64,000 bases of DNA from contig JBHLPF010000003.1 in the NCBI GenBank assembly GCA_048939765.1, forward strand, positions 45,936 through 109,935, in the 5' to 3' direction. Under the pieces are notes generated by a model. That model was not told the origin of the DNA. It was given only the letters and a program-made list of their open reading frames with translations, and did not search any database. Positions 45,761 to 55,432 of this stretch are shown one piece after another; position 1 is the first letter of the stretch, and each line of letters begins with the position of its first letter. The position numbers were made by a program, and so were the translations under genes. The stretch is from Promethearchaeota archaeon. GTDB lineage: Archaea > Asgardarchaeota > Thorarchaeia > Thorarchaeales > Thorarchaeaceae.

Positions 45761-46027
45761 CTAGGATGATGCGTATTTCTTTCCCTTCTCAGTTACATAG
45801 TAGGACTTGCCACTGGTACCATCAGGCTGGCAGCCCGCGGCGCTTGGGCAGCCGGCACAATGCTTCCTAGTTGCTTCCACACAATCGCCCAATCTCAGAA
45901 GACCTCTATCTAGAAGCATCCCTAGCATATCCTCCAAAGTCTCGAGATGCACACCAACGGCTCTTGCAAGCTCTGGTTTACTAATGATATTTTCATGCAG
46001 AATGATTTGAAGGATCTTTTTCAACAA
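45761..46027 (-). CDS. feoC: FeoC-like wHTH protein with Cys cluster
   Basis: ELARAVGVHLETLEDMLGMLLDRGLL wHTH followed by C..CAGCPSAAGC; last gene of the feo operon. Confidence 0.75.
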   Translation of the reverse strand: MLKKILQIILHENIISKPELARAVGVHLETLEDMLGMLLDRGLLRLGDCVEATRKHCAGCPSAAGCQPDGTSGKSYYVTEKGKKYASS

Positions 46028-46028
46028 G

Positions 46029-46490
46029 TCAACGGTCCCCCAGGAGATGTTGTGTGAAGTTCCCTTCAGTTTCACCTTCGAGTGCTCTCGCAATTCCAAA
46101 GATCAACAGAATAATGAGAAACAACCATACTGTCGGCGTGATGTCTAGAAGGGGCGTCCAAGCTATCCAATCCTCAAACCCGAGAATCCATCCAAGATAG
46201 TTCGTAGCCAGAATGAACAATTGCAGAACGAATAATATACCTGCTAGGAAGATGCCAACTGCAATGTAGGCAAAGCCTTCTCTTTCACCTCTGCGGAGCG
46301 GCCTCGCCCCAGCTAAGAAGACCATTGACACTATAACGAGCATCAATGAGCTGATTGGATCTGACTGACTTGGAAATGGAACCGCTATGCCAATGCTAGA
46401 GCTGAACCACAGAAGACCTCCTGCAAGGTAGACTATTCCTAGGATCAAAGGGAACGGCCAAGTGGCTTTGTTGACTGTCTTCGCCATCAT
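46029..46490 (-). CDS. 4-TM membrane protein in feo operon
   Basis: hydrophobic helices; GGAGG SD before ATG at 46490. Confidence 0.7.
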   Translation of the reverse strand: MMAKTVNKATWPFPLILGIVYLAGGLLWFSSSIGIAVPFPSQSDPISSLMLVIVSMVFLAGARPLRRGEREGFAYIAVGIFLAGILFVLQLFILATNYLGWILGFEDWIAWTPLLDITPTVWLFLIILLIFGIARALEGETEGNFTQHLLGDR

Positions 46491-46498
46491 TTTGCCTC

Positions 46499-47821
46499 CT
46501 ACGGAATAAAGAACCCTCCAATCAAAACTACCAGTAGTGAGACTGCATATGCAAGAATCAGCTGATATCCAACTGAGAAGCCAGTCCACTTCCATGATCC
46601 AGTTTCACTTCTAATTATCGCTACAGTGGCAATACAGGGTGTATAGAGGAGAACAAAGACCATCAAGGCTAGCGCTGAAAGCGGGCTGATTGCTGCTGCA
46701 AGTGCTCCACCAATGGCGGCTTTACCTTGCACAGAGTATATGATCCCTAGCGCTTCAACCACTATCTCTTTTGCCAACAGACCGAAAATCAATGCTGCAA
46801 CTATTTGCCATGGAAACCCTTGAGGAGCGAAGATAATGGTACCAAGACTCCCAATTATGCCAATAAATGATCCATCTGGCTCAACGCCAAATCCACTTGG
46901 TCCAGTGTTAGCTAGGAACCACAGAATTATTGCTCCTGCGAGTAAGTACGTACCAGCCTTTCTGAGAAATAGATAGCCTCTATCCCATGCGTGTCTAATT
47001 GACCCGTGTAGTGTCGGTGTCTGATAGGTTGGAAGCTCCATGATTAGCGGAGAGGATTCTTCCCTTAGAATCGTCTTCTTGAAGATAAGCGCCATGAGGA
47101 CCGCCATGATAATGCCTAAGAGATACATGACAAAGATCATTGTGCCAGCATAGTCAGGAAAGAACACACCAGCGATGAGCACATACACGGGGAGTCTGGC
47201 TGCGCACGACATCAATGGACTAATGAGAATTGTTGTCAGACGATTGCTCTCACCATCTACTGTCCTTGCTGCCATTATCGCAGGCACATTACAGCCAAAG
47301 CCGAGTAGCATCGGTATGAATGACCTACCATGAAGGCCAATTCTCATCATAATTCGGTCCATAACAAATGCCGCACGTGCGAGATAGCCACTGTCTTCCA
47401 AGATGGATATTGCGAGGTACATGAACAGGATTGGTGGGAGGAATACAAGGATGAATCCAACACCTCCAATTATCCCATCTGTTAGGAGTGAAGCCAGCCA
47501 AGGAATGGGGATTTGTATCGTGAATGTACCTAACCAAGCAAAAGCCGTCTCAATCATTGCCATGAACACTAAAGACGCTGTAAAGGTGAAATGAAACATC
47601 GCCCACATTATGACCATGAAGATGGGCAATCCGAGGTAGCGGTGGACCAACACGCTATCCAACATATCACTAAGAGTCCACTTCTCCTCACCAGGTTCGT
47701 ATACCTCGCAGAGTATCTCTCCGATAATCTCGTACCGACGGTCTGCGAGCACTATTTGGGGATCCAATTCTTCATCGAAATCCTCATCTTCTGAGAATGT
47801 ACTCTCTGGAGGTTCGGTCAA
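46499..47821 (-). CDS. feoB: ferrous iron transporter FeoB, membrane domain (split gene)
   Basis: LEDSGYLARAAFVMD, GLHGRSFIPMLLGFGCNVP, MSCAARLPVY, MELPTY, AKE, LYTPC. Confidence 0.93.
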   Translation of the reverse strand: MTEPPESTFSEDEDFDEELDPQIVLADRRYEIIGEILCEVYEPGEEKWTLSDMLDSVLVHRYLGLPIFMVIMWAMFHFTFTASLVFMAMIETAFAWLGTFTIQIPIPWLASLLTDGIIGGVGFILVFLPPILFMYLAISILEDSGYLARAAFVMDRIMMRIGLHGRSFIPMLLGFGCNVPAIMAARTVDGESNRLTTILISPLMSCAARLPVYVLIAGVFFPDYAGTMIFVMYLLGIIMAVLMALIFKKTILREESSPLIMELPTYQTPTLHGSIRHAWDRGYLFLRKAGTYLLAGAIILWFLANTGPSGFGVEPDGSFIGIIGSLGTIIFAPQGFPWQIVAALIFGLLAKEIVVEALGIIYSVQGKAAIGGALAAAISPLSALALMVFVLLYTPCIATVAIIRSETGSWKWTGFSVGYQLILAYAVSLLVVLIGGFFIP

Positions 47822-48636
47822 ATGGAAACCTCCAAAACACGCTCCCTGATAGCAGGGTTTTGAACCATCATCAGAATCTGGTCATCTCGCTCCAGGATTC
47901 TGAGTGCTAGCCATCTAGGCGGAAATCTATCCAGGAGTTCCTTTTCATCCTCCAGTATTGCAACAATCTCTTTCAGTTTGGTTTCAATGTCAGGACCGTA
48001 TTTTATTGAGGGAGGTCTGAGTCGTTCGTACTCTCCGTGATGGTGGTGTATCGGATGATAGTGAAGATGATCGTTGTTATTTGGCTCCCCCGCTGAATGG
48101 GGCGCAGAATGGACGGTTTCAACCCTATGGTTTTCTAAGAGCCCCTCTGGCAACGCATGCAGGATTGCTTCCCGCAATTCATCCATCCCAACCTTCTTGG
48201 TGGCAGTAGTGGCAACGACTGGGGCTCTCAATCGCTGTGATAGCAAATCCATGTCGATATTGTCACCCCTCGATTTCACAACATCATACATGTTGAGTAC
48301 AACTACCAGATTCACCTGCATCTCAATGAGTAACAGCGTTAGATACAGATTCCTTTCCAGCTGAGAGGCATTCAAAATATCGACAACCACATCGGGTCGA
48401 TGGTCTATCAGATATTCTCGTGCCACTTCTTCATCATCTGTTAATGCACTCAAGCTATAGACGCCCGGTAAATCAATGACTTCGAACTCAATGCCCTCGT
48501 AGTCGTAATGCCCTTCCTTGACTTCAACTGTCTTTCCGGGCCAATTGCCTGTATGTTGCTTCATGCCTGTGAGATTGTTGAAGATTACCGACTTGCCAAC
48601 ATTGGGATTGCCAATGAGTGCAATTCTCATCCTCAA
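47818..48636 (-). CDS. feoB: FeoB N-terminal GTPase domain (split gene), His-rich insert
   Basis: GNPNVGKS, GNWPGKTVE, DLPG, ERNLYL, NMYD; HLHYHPIHHHH. Confidence 0.92.
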   Translation of the reverse strand: MRMRIALIGNPNVGKSVIFNNLTGMKQHTGNWPGKTVEVKEGHYDYEGIEFEVIDLPGVYSLSALTDDEEVAREYLIDHRPDVVVDILNASQLERNLYLTLLLIEMQVNLVVVLNMYDVVKSRGDNIDMDLLSQRLRAPVVATTATKKVGMDELREAILHALPEGLLENHRVETVHSAPHSAGEPNNNDHLHYHPIHHHHGEYERLRPPSIKYGPDIETKLKEIVAILEDEKELLDRFPPRWLALRILERDDQILMMVQNPAIRERVLEVSI

Positions 48637-48640
48637 CTTG

Positions 48641-49021
48641 CTAAGGCACCTCCCTAACGAGTATCCTACAAGCCATGTGATGTCCGAGTGCTATGCGTGT
48701 TCCTCTGACTTCAATTAATACTGGGCCCTGCCCACCACCTTGCACTACCATGAAGGTACAGCCTCGTGTTATGCCAAGATCTAGCAGTCTCCGCATTATG
48801 CTCCGGCCCCTTTCCTTTCTTGAATGCCTGAATCTGCAATCATCGGTTGCACTCAATACATCACGAAAATGCATCCTTTGACGGCGTCCTCTTCTATGTG
48901 GTACGTGTCGACTGCCTCTTATTCCTTCTATGCCAAGAAGTACGCATCTAGTACCTGGACTGACTGAAGCAAGCCTCTTCGCCTCGGATTCGTCTAGAAC
49001 TGGCGTAACTTCTTCTGGCAC
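48641..49021 (-). CDS. feoA: FeoA family protein
   Basis: RRLLDLGITRG, GPVLIEVRGTRIALG; GTG 49021 after AGGTGA (track start 49057). Confidence 0.88.
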   Translation of the reverse strand: MPEEVTPVLDESEAKRLASVSPGTRCVLLGIEGIRGSRHVPHRRGRRQRMHFRDVLSATDDCRFRHSRKERGRSIMRRLLDLGITRGCTFMVVQGGGQGPVLIEVRGTRIALGHHMACRILVREVP

Positions 49022-49039
49022 ACGGATCACCTGTAAAAA

Positions 49040-49055
49040 GTTAGATGCATCTAAC
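49040..49055. promoter_or_regulatory. perfect 16-bp palindrome GTTAGATGCATCTAAC, putative DtxR/IdeR-type metal operator
   Basis: TTAG-N6-CTAA palindrome between the feo TATA element (~49079-49092) and the feoA start. Confidence 0.65.
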
Positions 49056-49167
49056 ATTTCTCTGATTCAACTACCCGATATAAGCATTTTCAAATGAGCT
49101 TTCAAGGCGAATGCTACCTACCGCAACTATTACATATTGAGTATAGTAATCCGAAGTGGAGACTGCT

Positions 49168-50553
49168 ATGTCCTTCTACAAGACTCCATTGAAATATGGC
49201 GCCACCGTTATCGATGAGTTCATCCCAAAGACACTCAGCGATGTAACTGTGCTGCAGATTGAGGAATACAAGCCTGACTTCTCGGACTTTGAGAAGAAGA
49301 TTGAGGATGTATTGGCCAATCCGATTGGTTCCAAGCCCTTCGATAGTCTAGTCGATGAGGTCTACTCTGAAGGCAAGATTATGATGTTCATGGTGGACGA
49401 CAACACTCGTCCAAACATACATACTCGAATTCTACTGCCGATACTCATGAAGCGACTCTTCACTCTTGGTGTAAGAAAGGAAGATATCCGAATCATAATT
49501 GCCAGTGGCTCACACACGAAGCCCACTCCAGAGGCAATTGAGAAGCGAATCCTAGGAACTGCACTCTATAGCGAGTGGAAGGACAATGTGCTCATACATG
49601 ACTGCGATTCGGGAAACCGCAATCTTGGAAACACAAAGAAGGGAGCGCCAATTCTCATAGATGAACAAGTACTGAGTGCTTCATTGCTCATTCCACTAAG
49701 CGATTCGGAATATCACTACTTTGCTGGACAGGCGGGAACGGTCAAGTTGTTCTGCCCAGGAGTGGCAGGCCGAGAGACTATTCGAGTCAATCATCCCCGT
49801 ATGTTTGATGTCGAGCGAGGATTTGTGCCTGGGTGCAGATTAGGCAATACGCAGGGAAACCCTGTAATCCAGGAGATGATTGAGATCGCAACAAGTGTCA
49901 AGCAAAAGCTTCCAATGTTTTGCATTGACACCATAGTGCATCATGGCGAAATTGTCTATGTTCAAGCTGGGGACCTCATTGAATGCCACAAAGCTGCTTC
50001 AGAGCCACTTCGAAAACTACGAGTTGTTGAGACCGATGATCCAGGTGACATAGTATTTGTGTCAGTTGGAGAGCTCGGCTTGAACCTGTATCAGGCTGGC
50101 AAGGGGATTCATGCCGCCTGGAATGCAGTCCGCCATGACATGAAGGGATGGATAGTCTTGCTGGCTCCTTGCCAGGAAGGTATTGGAAGTGCTGGGTATG
50201 AGGAAGCCATGCATGCAGTAAAAGGCATGATGGTAAAAGATGCTCTCAAGTATGTAATTGAGAACTACGGTTCGGAACAGACATTCAAAATTGGTAACCA
50301 AAAGCCTCCCGATCTATTCCGCATACTCCTTGATGTTGCGGAACATAATATCAAAGTAGTCACACAACTTGATCCAAAGGAGCTAGCGGAGGTCTATAGA
50401 ATGGACGCAAGGAATCCAGAGCGCCCTGAGGATGCTCAGCAGGTGCTTCGTGAAATTATTGAGCAATTCGTGTATGAGAACCCAGATATCCCGAATCCGA
50501 AAGTATACGTCCTCGATGATCCTGGGCTTCTTATTGAGGTCAAGAACCGCTAG
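49168..50553 (+). CDS. larA: LarA-family nickel-pincer 2-hydroxyacid (lactate) racemase
   Basis: DDNTRP, ASGSH, HYFAG, VKLFCPGVAG, NH, YQAGKG match LarA catalytic/cofactor motifs. Confidence 0.85.
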   Translation: MSFYKTPLKYGATVIDEFIPKTLSDVTVLQIEEYKPDFSDFEKKIEDVLANPIGSKPFDSLVDEVYSEGKIMMFMVDDNTRPNIHTRILLPILMKRLFTLGVRKEDIRIIIASGSHTKPTPEAIEKRILGTALYSEWKDNVLIHDCDSGNRNLGNTKKGAPILIDEQVLSASLLIPLSDSEYHYFAGQAGTVKLFCPGVAGRETIRVNHPRMFDVERGFVPGCRLGNTQGNPVIQEMIEIATSVKQKLPMFCIDTIVHHGEIVYVQAGDLIECHKAASEPLRKLRVVETDDPGDIVFVSVGELGLNLYQAGKGIHAAWNAVRHDMKGWIVLLAPCQEGIGSAGYEEAMHAVKGMMVKDALKYVIENYGSEQTFKIGNQKPPDLFRILLDVAEHNIKVVTQLDPKELAEVYRMDARNPERPEDAQQVLREIIEQFVYENPDIPNPKVYVLDDPGLLIEVKNR

Positions 50554-50884
50554 TTCTGGAAAACGCATACGGGGAAAATGCATGCAAGGCGAGAAGAATC
50601 TCAATTAGAATCCAGAGGCCATTCTGGAATAGCGCTAGGTATAGGATGCTGTCTATAGGATTCGCCATCACTATGATTTCCAAGGGGCCAGGATACATTG
50701 GTATCGGAAACAGAGCGCCGGGCGGTCCCCCTGACCACCATACTCCTGATACCCAATCTCCACTCATGAATCGCGAGGCCGTATACATCCACAAAATGTA
50801 AAGCATCAAGATTATCGACAGAATCCTAAATCTGCTGGCTAGTGGATTGAGAGGTCTCCTGACCATTGAGAATCCACCTGACAT
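50540..50884 (-). CDS. small membrane protein
   Basis: two hydrophobic segments, fills the gap between larA and cysS. Confidence 0.55.
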   Translation of the reverse strand: MSGGFSMVRRPLNPLASRFRILSIILMLYILWMYTASRFMSGDWVSGVWWSGGPPGALFPIPMYPGPLEIIVMANPIDSILYLALFQNGLWILIEILLALHAFSPYAFSRTSGS

Positions 50885-51009
50885 TGCCTAATCTCCAGTC
50901 AACACACATTCAAAATTGAGATAACCATTTGTTCCTACGCAAAGGTTTGAGCCGAAGGTCGTTTGAGACCCTCGGCAATGAATTTGATTTTTGACATGGT
51001 TGGACCTGG

Positions 51010-52446
51010 CTAGTCCATCTTCCACGTGGCGCCATCCTTTGTATCTGCAACCGTGATTCCCAGTTCGGCTAGTCGGTCACGGATTCTGTCAGACATGGCA
51101 TAGTCCTTTGATTTTCTAGCGTTCTCCCTGATCTCGAGGAGTAGCTCAACGATGCCTCTCAGGGCTTCAGCAGATGCCCCTGAATCAGTCGCAGCTCCAG
51201 AAGCTCCGAGGTCTACACCGAGGATTCCAACCAGCTCGGCAAGAACAGCTAGTGCTTCTCTGAGCACCGCCGCTCCCCCGACGTTGGGAGTGAGAGTGTT
51301 GATCTCCCTCACGAAGGTGAAGACTTCAGCAAGCGCACCAGGAGTGTTGAAGTCGTCATCCATCTCCTTCTCGAAGCCAGCTCGTGCCTTCTTGGCTGCT
51401 TCAGCCAACTTCTTGTCGGCCTCTGCTTCGCGGCTACCAGAGCGCTCAAGGATGAGAATCCGCCCTCTGAGATTGTCAGCAGCGTTCTTTATTCGCTCTA
51501 GGGATTGAATGGCTTGTTTGATAGCTGTGTCATTGTAGTCCAAAGGCTGTCTATATTGCCCTGAGACCAGATATAGGCGGACAGCTTGATGGTCATAATT
51601 ATCGAGGACTTCTCTTGCAGTAAAGAAGTTGCCTTCTGATTTGGACATCTTCTCGGTATTGATAGTGAGGAAGCCATTATGCAACCAGTACTTCACTGGG
51701 GTTTCTACCCCGTAGGCCGCAAAGGACTGTGCAATCTCATTCTCATGATGTGGGAATATGAGATCCTGTCCCCCACCGTGAATGTCGAATGGGAGCCCTA
51801 AGTAATGCCTTCCCATGACCGAACATTCAGCATGCCAGCCGGGGCGTCCCTTCCCCCAAGGGCTGTCCCAAGAGGGCTCGCCTGGCTTCTCTGCTTTCCA
51901 TAGTGCGAAGTCTCGTGGATCCGTTTTCTTGTCATCCACCTCAACCCTAGCACCTGCTGAAGAGTCATCGGTAGAGATCTTTGAGAGTACGCCATACTTC
52001 TCCAGTTTGCTCACATCGAAGTAGACATCCCCATCAACAACGTATCCCTTCCCGTTCTTCACAATGAGGTCGACCATCTCAATGATGTCGTCGATATGTT
52101 CAGTCGCACGAGGATTGATCGTTGCTGGTTTGAGGTTCAACTGGTCTGCAATCAGCAAGTATTCAGCGATGAATTTGCTAGCCAGCTCCTGAACCGGGAT
52201 ACCGTCTTGATTTGCTCTGTCAATCATCTTGTCATCTACATCAGTGAAATTGGTGGCATAGTAGACACGATATCCACGATACTCGAGGTAGCGACGGATT
52301 GTGTCAAACACCGCAAATGACCTGGCGTTGCCTATGTGAGGATAGTCATACACTGTGGGACCACAGACGTACATACGTACGTTATTTCCATCAAGTGGTT
52401 TGAATTCCTCTTTGGCACGTCTTAGAGTGTTGTAGACTTGTAGCAT
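51010..52446 (-). CDS. cysS: cysteine--tRNA ligase
   Basis: MYVCGPTVY, HIGN, DFALWK, GRPGWHAEC, DIHGGGQDLIFPHHENE, KMSKS, DDFNTP. Confidence 0.97.
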   Translation of the reverse strand: MLQVYNTLRRAKEEFKPLDGNNVRMYVCGPTVYDYPHIGNARSFAVFDTIRRYLEYRGYRVYYATNFTDVDDKMIDRANQDGIPVQELASKFIAEYLLIADQLNLKPATINPRATEHIDDIIEMVDLIVKNGKGYVVDGDVYFDVSKLEKYGVLSKISTDDSSAGARVEVDDKKTDPRDFALWKAEKPGEPSWDSPWGKGRPGWHAECSVMGRHYLGLPFDIHGGGQDLIFPHHENEIAQSFAAYGVETPVKYWLHNGFLTINTEKMSKSEGNFFTAREVLDNYDHQAVRLYLVSGQYRQPLDYNDTAIKQAIQSLERIKNAADNLRGRILILERSGSREAEADKKLAEAAKKARAGFEKEMDDDFNTPGALAEVFTFVREINTLTPNVGGAAVLREALAVLAELVGILGVDLGASGAATDSGASAEALRGIVELLLEIRENARKSKDYAMSDRIRDRLAELGITVADTKDGATWKMD

Positions 52447-52572
52447 TGTCACTACCCATTTTCGCAATTGTGGGTTCGCATAAAAAGTCGTCTGCAAGAA
52501 TTGCCTTCATTTCCTTTCACCACGAATTGATAAGGCGTCCTGTACAAATTCCCAAGCCGGTGCAAGCGTATA

Positions 52573-53337
52573 ATGGACCCGGGTATCAGAAACGCACTTG
52601 ATCGAGCTTCCAAACTCTGTGATGAAGAGTGTGATGAAGAAGCTGAACGAGTGATATTAGATGCTCTAGGGAGCTACCCGGAGAATCTAGACCTTCGGAC
52701 GATGCTGGGAAGAATACAAGCTGGGCTAGATAGAGAGGATGATGCAGAGGACACATTGAGGGGCGTGCTGAAGGACAATCCTCTCCATGAAGATGCATCT
52801 TGTGCTTTGGGTCGTTTACTGGACCAGTCACTCAGAACCGATGAAGCTGAGCAAGTCTACCGCCGATTGCTCGCGGAGTCTCCTGCAAGTCATTGTGCAC
52901 TCGATGACCTTTGCCGTTTCCTGATTGCAGAAGACAGACATCTTGAAGCTCTCGATGTCGCTCGAGAACATGCTGACAGATTCCCAGACTGTCTTGAAGC
53001 ATATGATGGATTGAGATATCTGCTTGCTGTAATGGAGGATGAAATCTGCGGGGGCTACATCAGTGAATCAACGGACAATGAGACTCTGGAGAACTTAGCG
53101 GTGAACCTCCTTGAGCAATTTGATGCAATTATGAGAATTGAAAAGAATATTGGACCGCTTTCAGGTCTGGGAGAACCCGTTGCTTCAGATATGCAAGAAG
53201 AGCGATTGAGAATCATTGCTGAGTTGGAGCATCTATCTAGAGTCATCGATGAAAGGGGACTCGACCTTCCGTCATCCCTCGGCAGGCAACTGGCCACTGC
53301 CGTGAAAGAAGGAATCGCTCGTAAAGAAGAACTCTAG
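52573..53337 (+). CDS. tetratricopeptide-repeat protein
   Basis: helical repeats such as LG.....DEAE..YR..L...P. Confidence 0.75.
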   Translation: MDPGIRNALDRASKLCDEECDEEAERVILDALGSYPENLDLRTMLGRIQAGLDREDDAEDTLRGVLKDNPLHEDASCALGRLLDQSLRTDEAEQVYRRLLAESPASHCALDDLCRFLIAEDRHLEALDVAREHADRFPDCLEAYDGLRYLLAVMEDEICGGYISESTDNETLENLAVNLLEQFDAIMRIEKNIGPLSGLGEPVASDMQEERLRIIAELEHLSRVIDERGLDLPSSLGRQLATAVKEGIARKEEL

Positions 53338-53342
53338 CATCT

Positions 53343-53639
53343 TCATTGCCATTTGTAGCCACGGAATCCGTAGTCGGGTATAGTTTCACTCTCACTCAGG
53401 TAGATGAGGTCTTGCTGTGTATCCTGAAAGAGCCAGAAGTGCAATTTCGAATCCTCAAGCGCTTGAAGCAGCTCGATTCGGTCTTCTGCGTTAAGTCCCA
53501 TCACCTTGAGCAAGCTGTTTAGGGTAACGATTCGGTCGACATTCTTCTTTGCTGTCGCGACGATTCTGGCTTTGGATGCGGGCTCCATCTTGAGAATCTT
53601 ACTATCGCGAAGGACTGCTTTGATTCTCACTGCTATCAA
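53343..53639 (-). CDS. hypothetical protein
   Basis: 98-aa ORF with its own BRE-TATA element at 53661-53674. Confidence 0.65.
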   Translation of the reverse strand: MIAVRIKAVLRDSKILKMEPASKARIVATAKKNVDRIVTLNSLLKVMGLNAEDRIELLQALEDSKLHFWLFQDTQQDLIYLSESETIPDYGFRGYKWQ

Positions 53640-53707
53640 TACCTAGGTTTGGTGAGTTGGAAATAAGCATATCGAGTTCAATCGGTCCATCGATTTGCCA
53701 CACTCGC

Positions 53708-55285
53708 CTATTGACGTCGTTTCATAAAAACGACTATGACTGCGATGATTCCGATGATCAGTATTGCTGCACCCAAAATTGGGAGTGGAGAGGGATAATA
53801 TAGCTCTGCTACATCAACAATGACTGTGTCATTAGTCTTCTGCTCGATATCATTTTCAATCTCTAATGTAAACTCGTACTCGCCAGCTTCAAGGACTCCA
53901 AGATTGAAGCTCAGAGGAGCGGGTCTCCAGAATCTGTCATAAAGGAAGGTGCCTGCTTCTAGTTGAGTGGTGCTATTTCCGAAAGTGAAGTTCCCCTCGA
54001 CTGTCTTCTTAGGTCTATAGTTGTAGAACGCCTGCCATTCAAGAACAACTTCTTCTCCGGGTATGAACTGAAGATGTGTTGGACTTAGCAGGATTGGTGC
54101 ATAATGAAAGCGTTCTATTCTGTATACTCCATATCTATACAACTCATTTGTCCTAAATGTGAACTGCCAGGCAATATCTCCATCTTCAGTGACCTCAACT
54201 AATTGTGCACCGTTTTCATAGCCTGGATGCGATGATGCGCCAAACACACCTAGTCGATTGCCATTTGGCAGTCTGTCAGCATCCCCCCATAGGAATGACC
54301 AATACTCGTCGGTCGCACTCCATACCCATGTAGTATGGGCTTCCATTGTATCTTCATCAATAGTGATTTCAACGATTTGTGACTTGTGGTTTGCTTCGAC
54401 ATTCTGGTCATGACGGTCATTATCGAAGAGTATGAATGTATTATCATCTACCCTCTCCAGCGCATGTGAATGAAAGAATAGGTTGTCAACCTTGACCCCG
54501 AATATGTCATACATTGTGAAATTGCCATATTCACCGACGCCCCAGATGACTTCTCCAGTCTTGTGATCAATCTTGTAGAATGTATTCACATTCCTCGGAT
54601 TGTAGTAGATTATATCCTCGTCTGCATCGTAGAATAGAGTATTGGAATGCGTGATGTCTGGATAGCCGCCATACATGTCTCCGTAGGGGCACGCCATGTC
54701 AAGTGTTATGAACTCACTGACATCTAGCGACCAGACTAAATTACCATTGAGGTCATACTCATGTATTAGGTCAAAGAGATACGTTCCGTTATCAATCACT
54801 TTCTGGTTGTATTCGAAGGTGAATACAGTGTCGTTATTCGGATTGTACTCATATTCATGATGTCCATAGCAATTGAGGAATCTTGTCGTACCTGTATAGA
54901 GGTTTACTAGTGCCACGTTGTAAGGATATCCAACCAAAATGGTAGTGGGGCTCACGAACTCCATAGACAGGTCAGCCAGTTCATAGACTCCGTCGTTGGT
55001 AAGAATGCGTTCGTAGTGAACATTTCCATCCATGTCACAGATAATCAAGGTCTGGTTGTTCTGGCGATTCTCTATGTCTCGTTCTCTCAGTACAAAAGCG
55101 TTGTAGCCCTCGAAAGCTGATTGGGTCTTTGTGACTTCAACTTCTCCGCGCATGATGTTTGCGACATGAGATGTTGGAGATTGCTGTACCTCAGCCAGAG
55201 CTGGAGTCATAGGCTGGATGAGACTTATTAGAATTAGAACGAAGAGTAGCCGGCGATGCAAGAGAGCCTTCTCTTTGCTAGACAT
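53708..55285 (-). CDS. arylsulfotransferase (ASST)-family beta-propeller, membrane anchored
   Basis: HHE, DITHSNTL, FFHSHA, LFDN, WGDADRLPNGN, YRIERF; signal peptide and C-terminal TM. Confidence 0.82.
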   Translation of the reverse strand: MSSKEKALLHRRLLFVLILISLIQPMTPALAEVQQSPTSHVANIMRGEVEVTKTQSAFEGYNAFVLRERDIENRQNNQTLIICDMDGNVHYERILTNDGVYELADLSMEFVSPTTILVGYPYNVALVNLYTGTTRFLNCYGHHEYEYNPNNDTVFTFEYNQKVIDNGTYLFDLIHEYDLNGNLVWSLDVSEFITLDMACPYGDMYGGYPDITHSNTLFYDADEDIIYYNPRNVNTFYKIDHKTGEVIWGVGEYGNFTMYDIFGVKVDNLFFHSHALERVDDNTFILFDNDRHDQNVEANHKSQIVEITIDEDTMEAHTTWVWSATDEYWSFLWGDADRLPNGNRLGVFGASSHPGYENGAQLVEVTEDGDIAWQFTFRTNELYRYGVYRIERFHYAPILLSPTHLQFIPGEEVVLEWQAFYNYRPKKTVEGNFTFGNSTTQLEAGTFLYDRFWRPAPLSFNLGVLEAGEYEFTLEIENDIEQKTNDTVIVDVAELYYPSPLPILGAAILIIGIIAVIVVFMKRRQ

Positions 55286-55432
55286 GGCGCTATCCAACCT
55301 TAGTCCGTTTCTGCTTGTTCTTCGGGCTACACAGGAGGGAATCAATAGGTACTATTAGATTTCCGGTTCTATGGGGACGCCGCCACACACAAGCAACTAA
55401 AAGTCATCCGTGAGAAGGGGAATCCGTTCAAA

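Noticed and set aside
47810-47830. feoB frameshift pseudogene
   Set aside because: The second half has its own SD, a start/stop overlap and a distinct acidic N-terminus, and both halves keep all motifs; read check still advisable
49168-50553. LarA as direct evidence that the island's flavoproteins oxidise D-lactate
   Set aside because: It lies 21 kb from the island, LarA homologues have varied substrates, and the flavoproteins lack D-lactate dehydrogenase motifs
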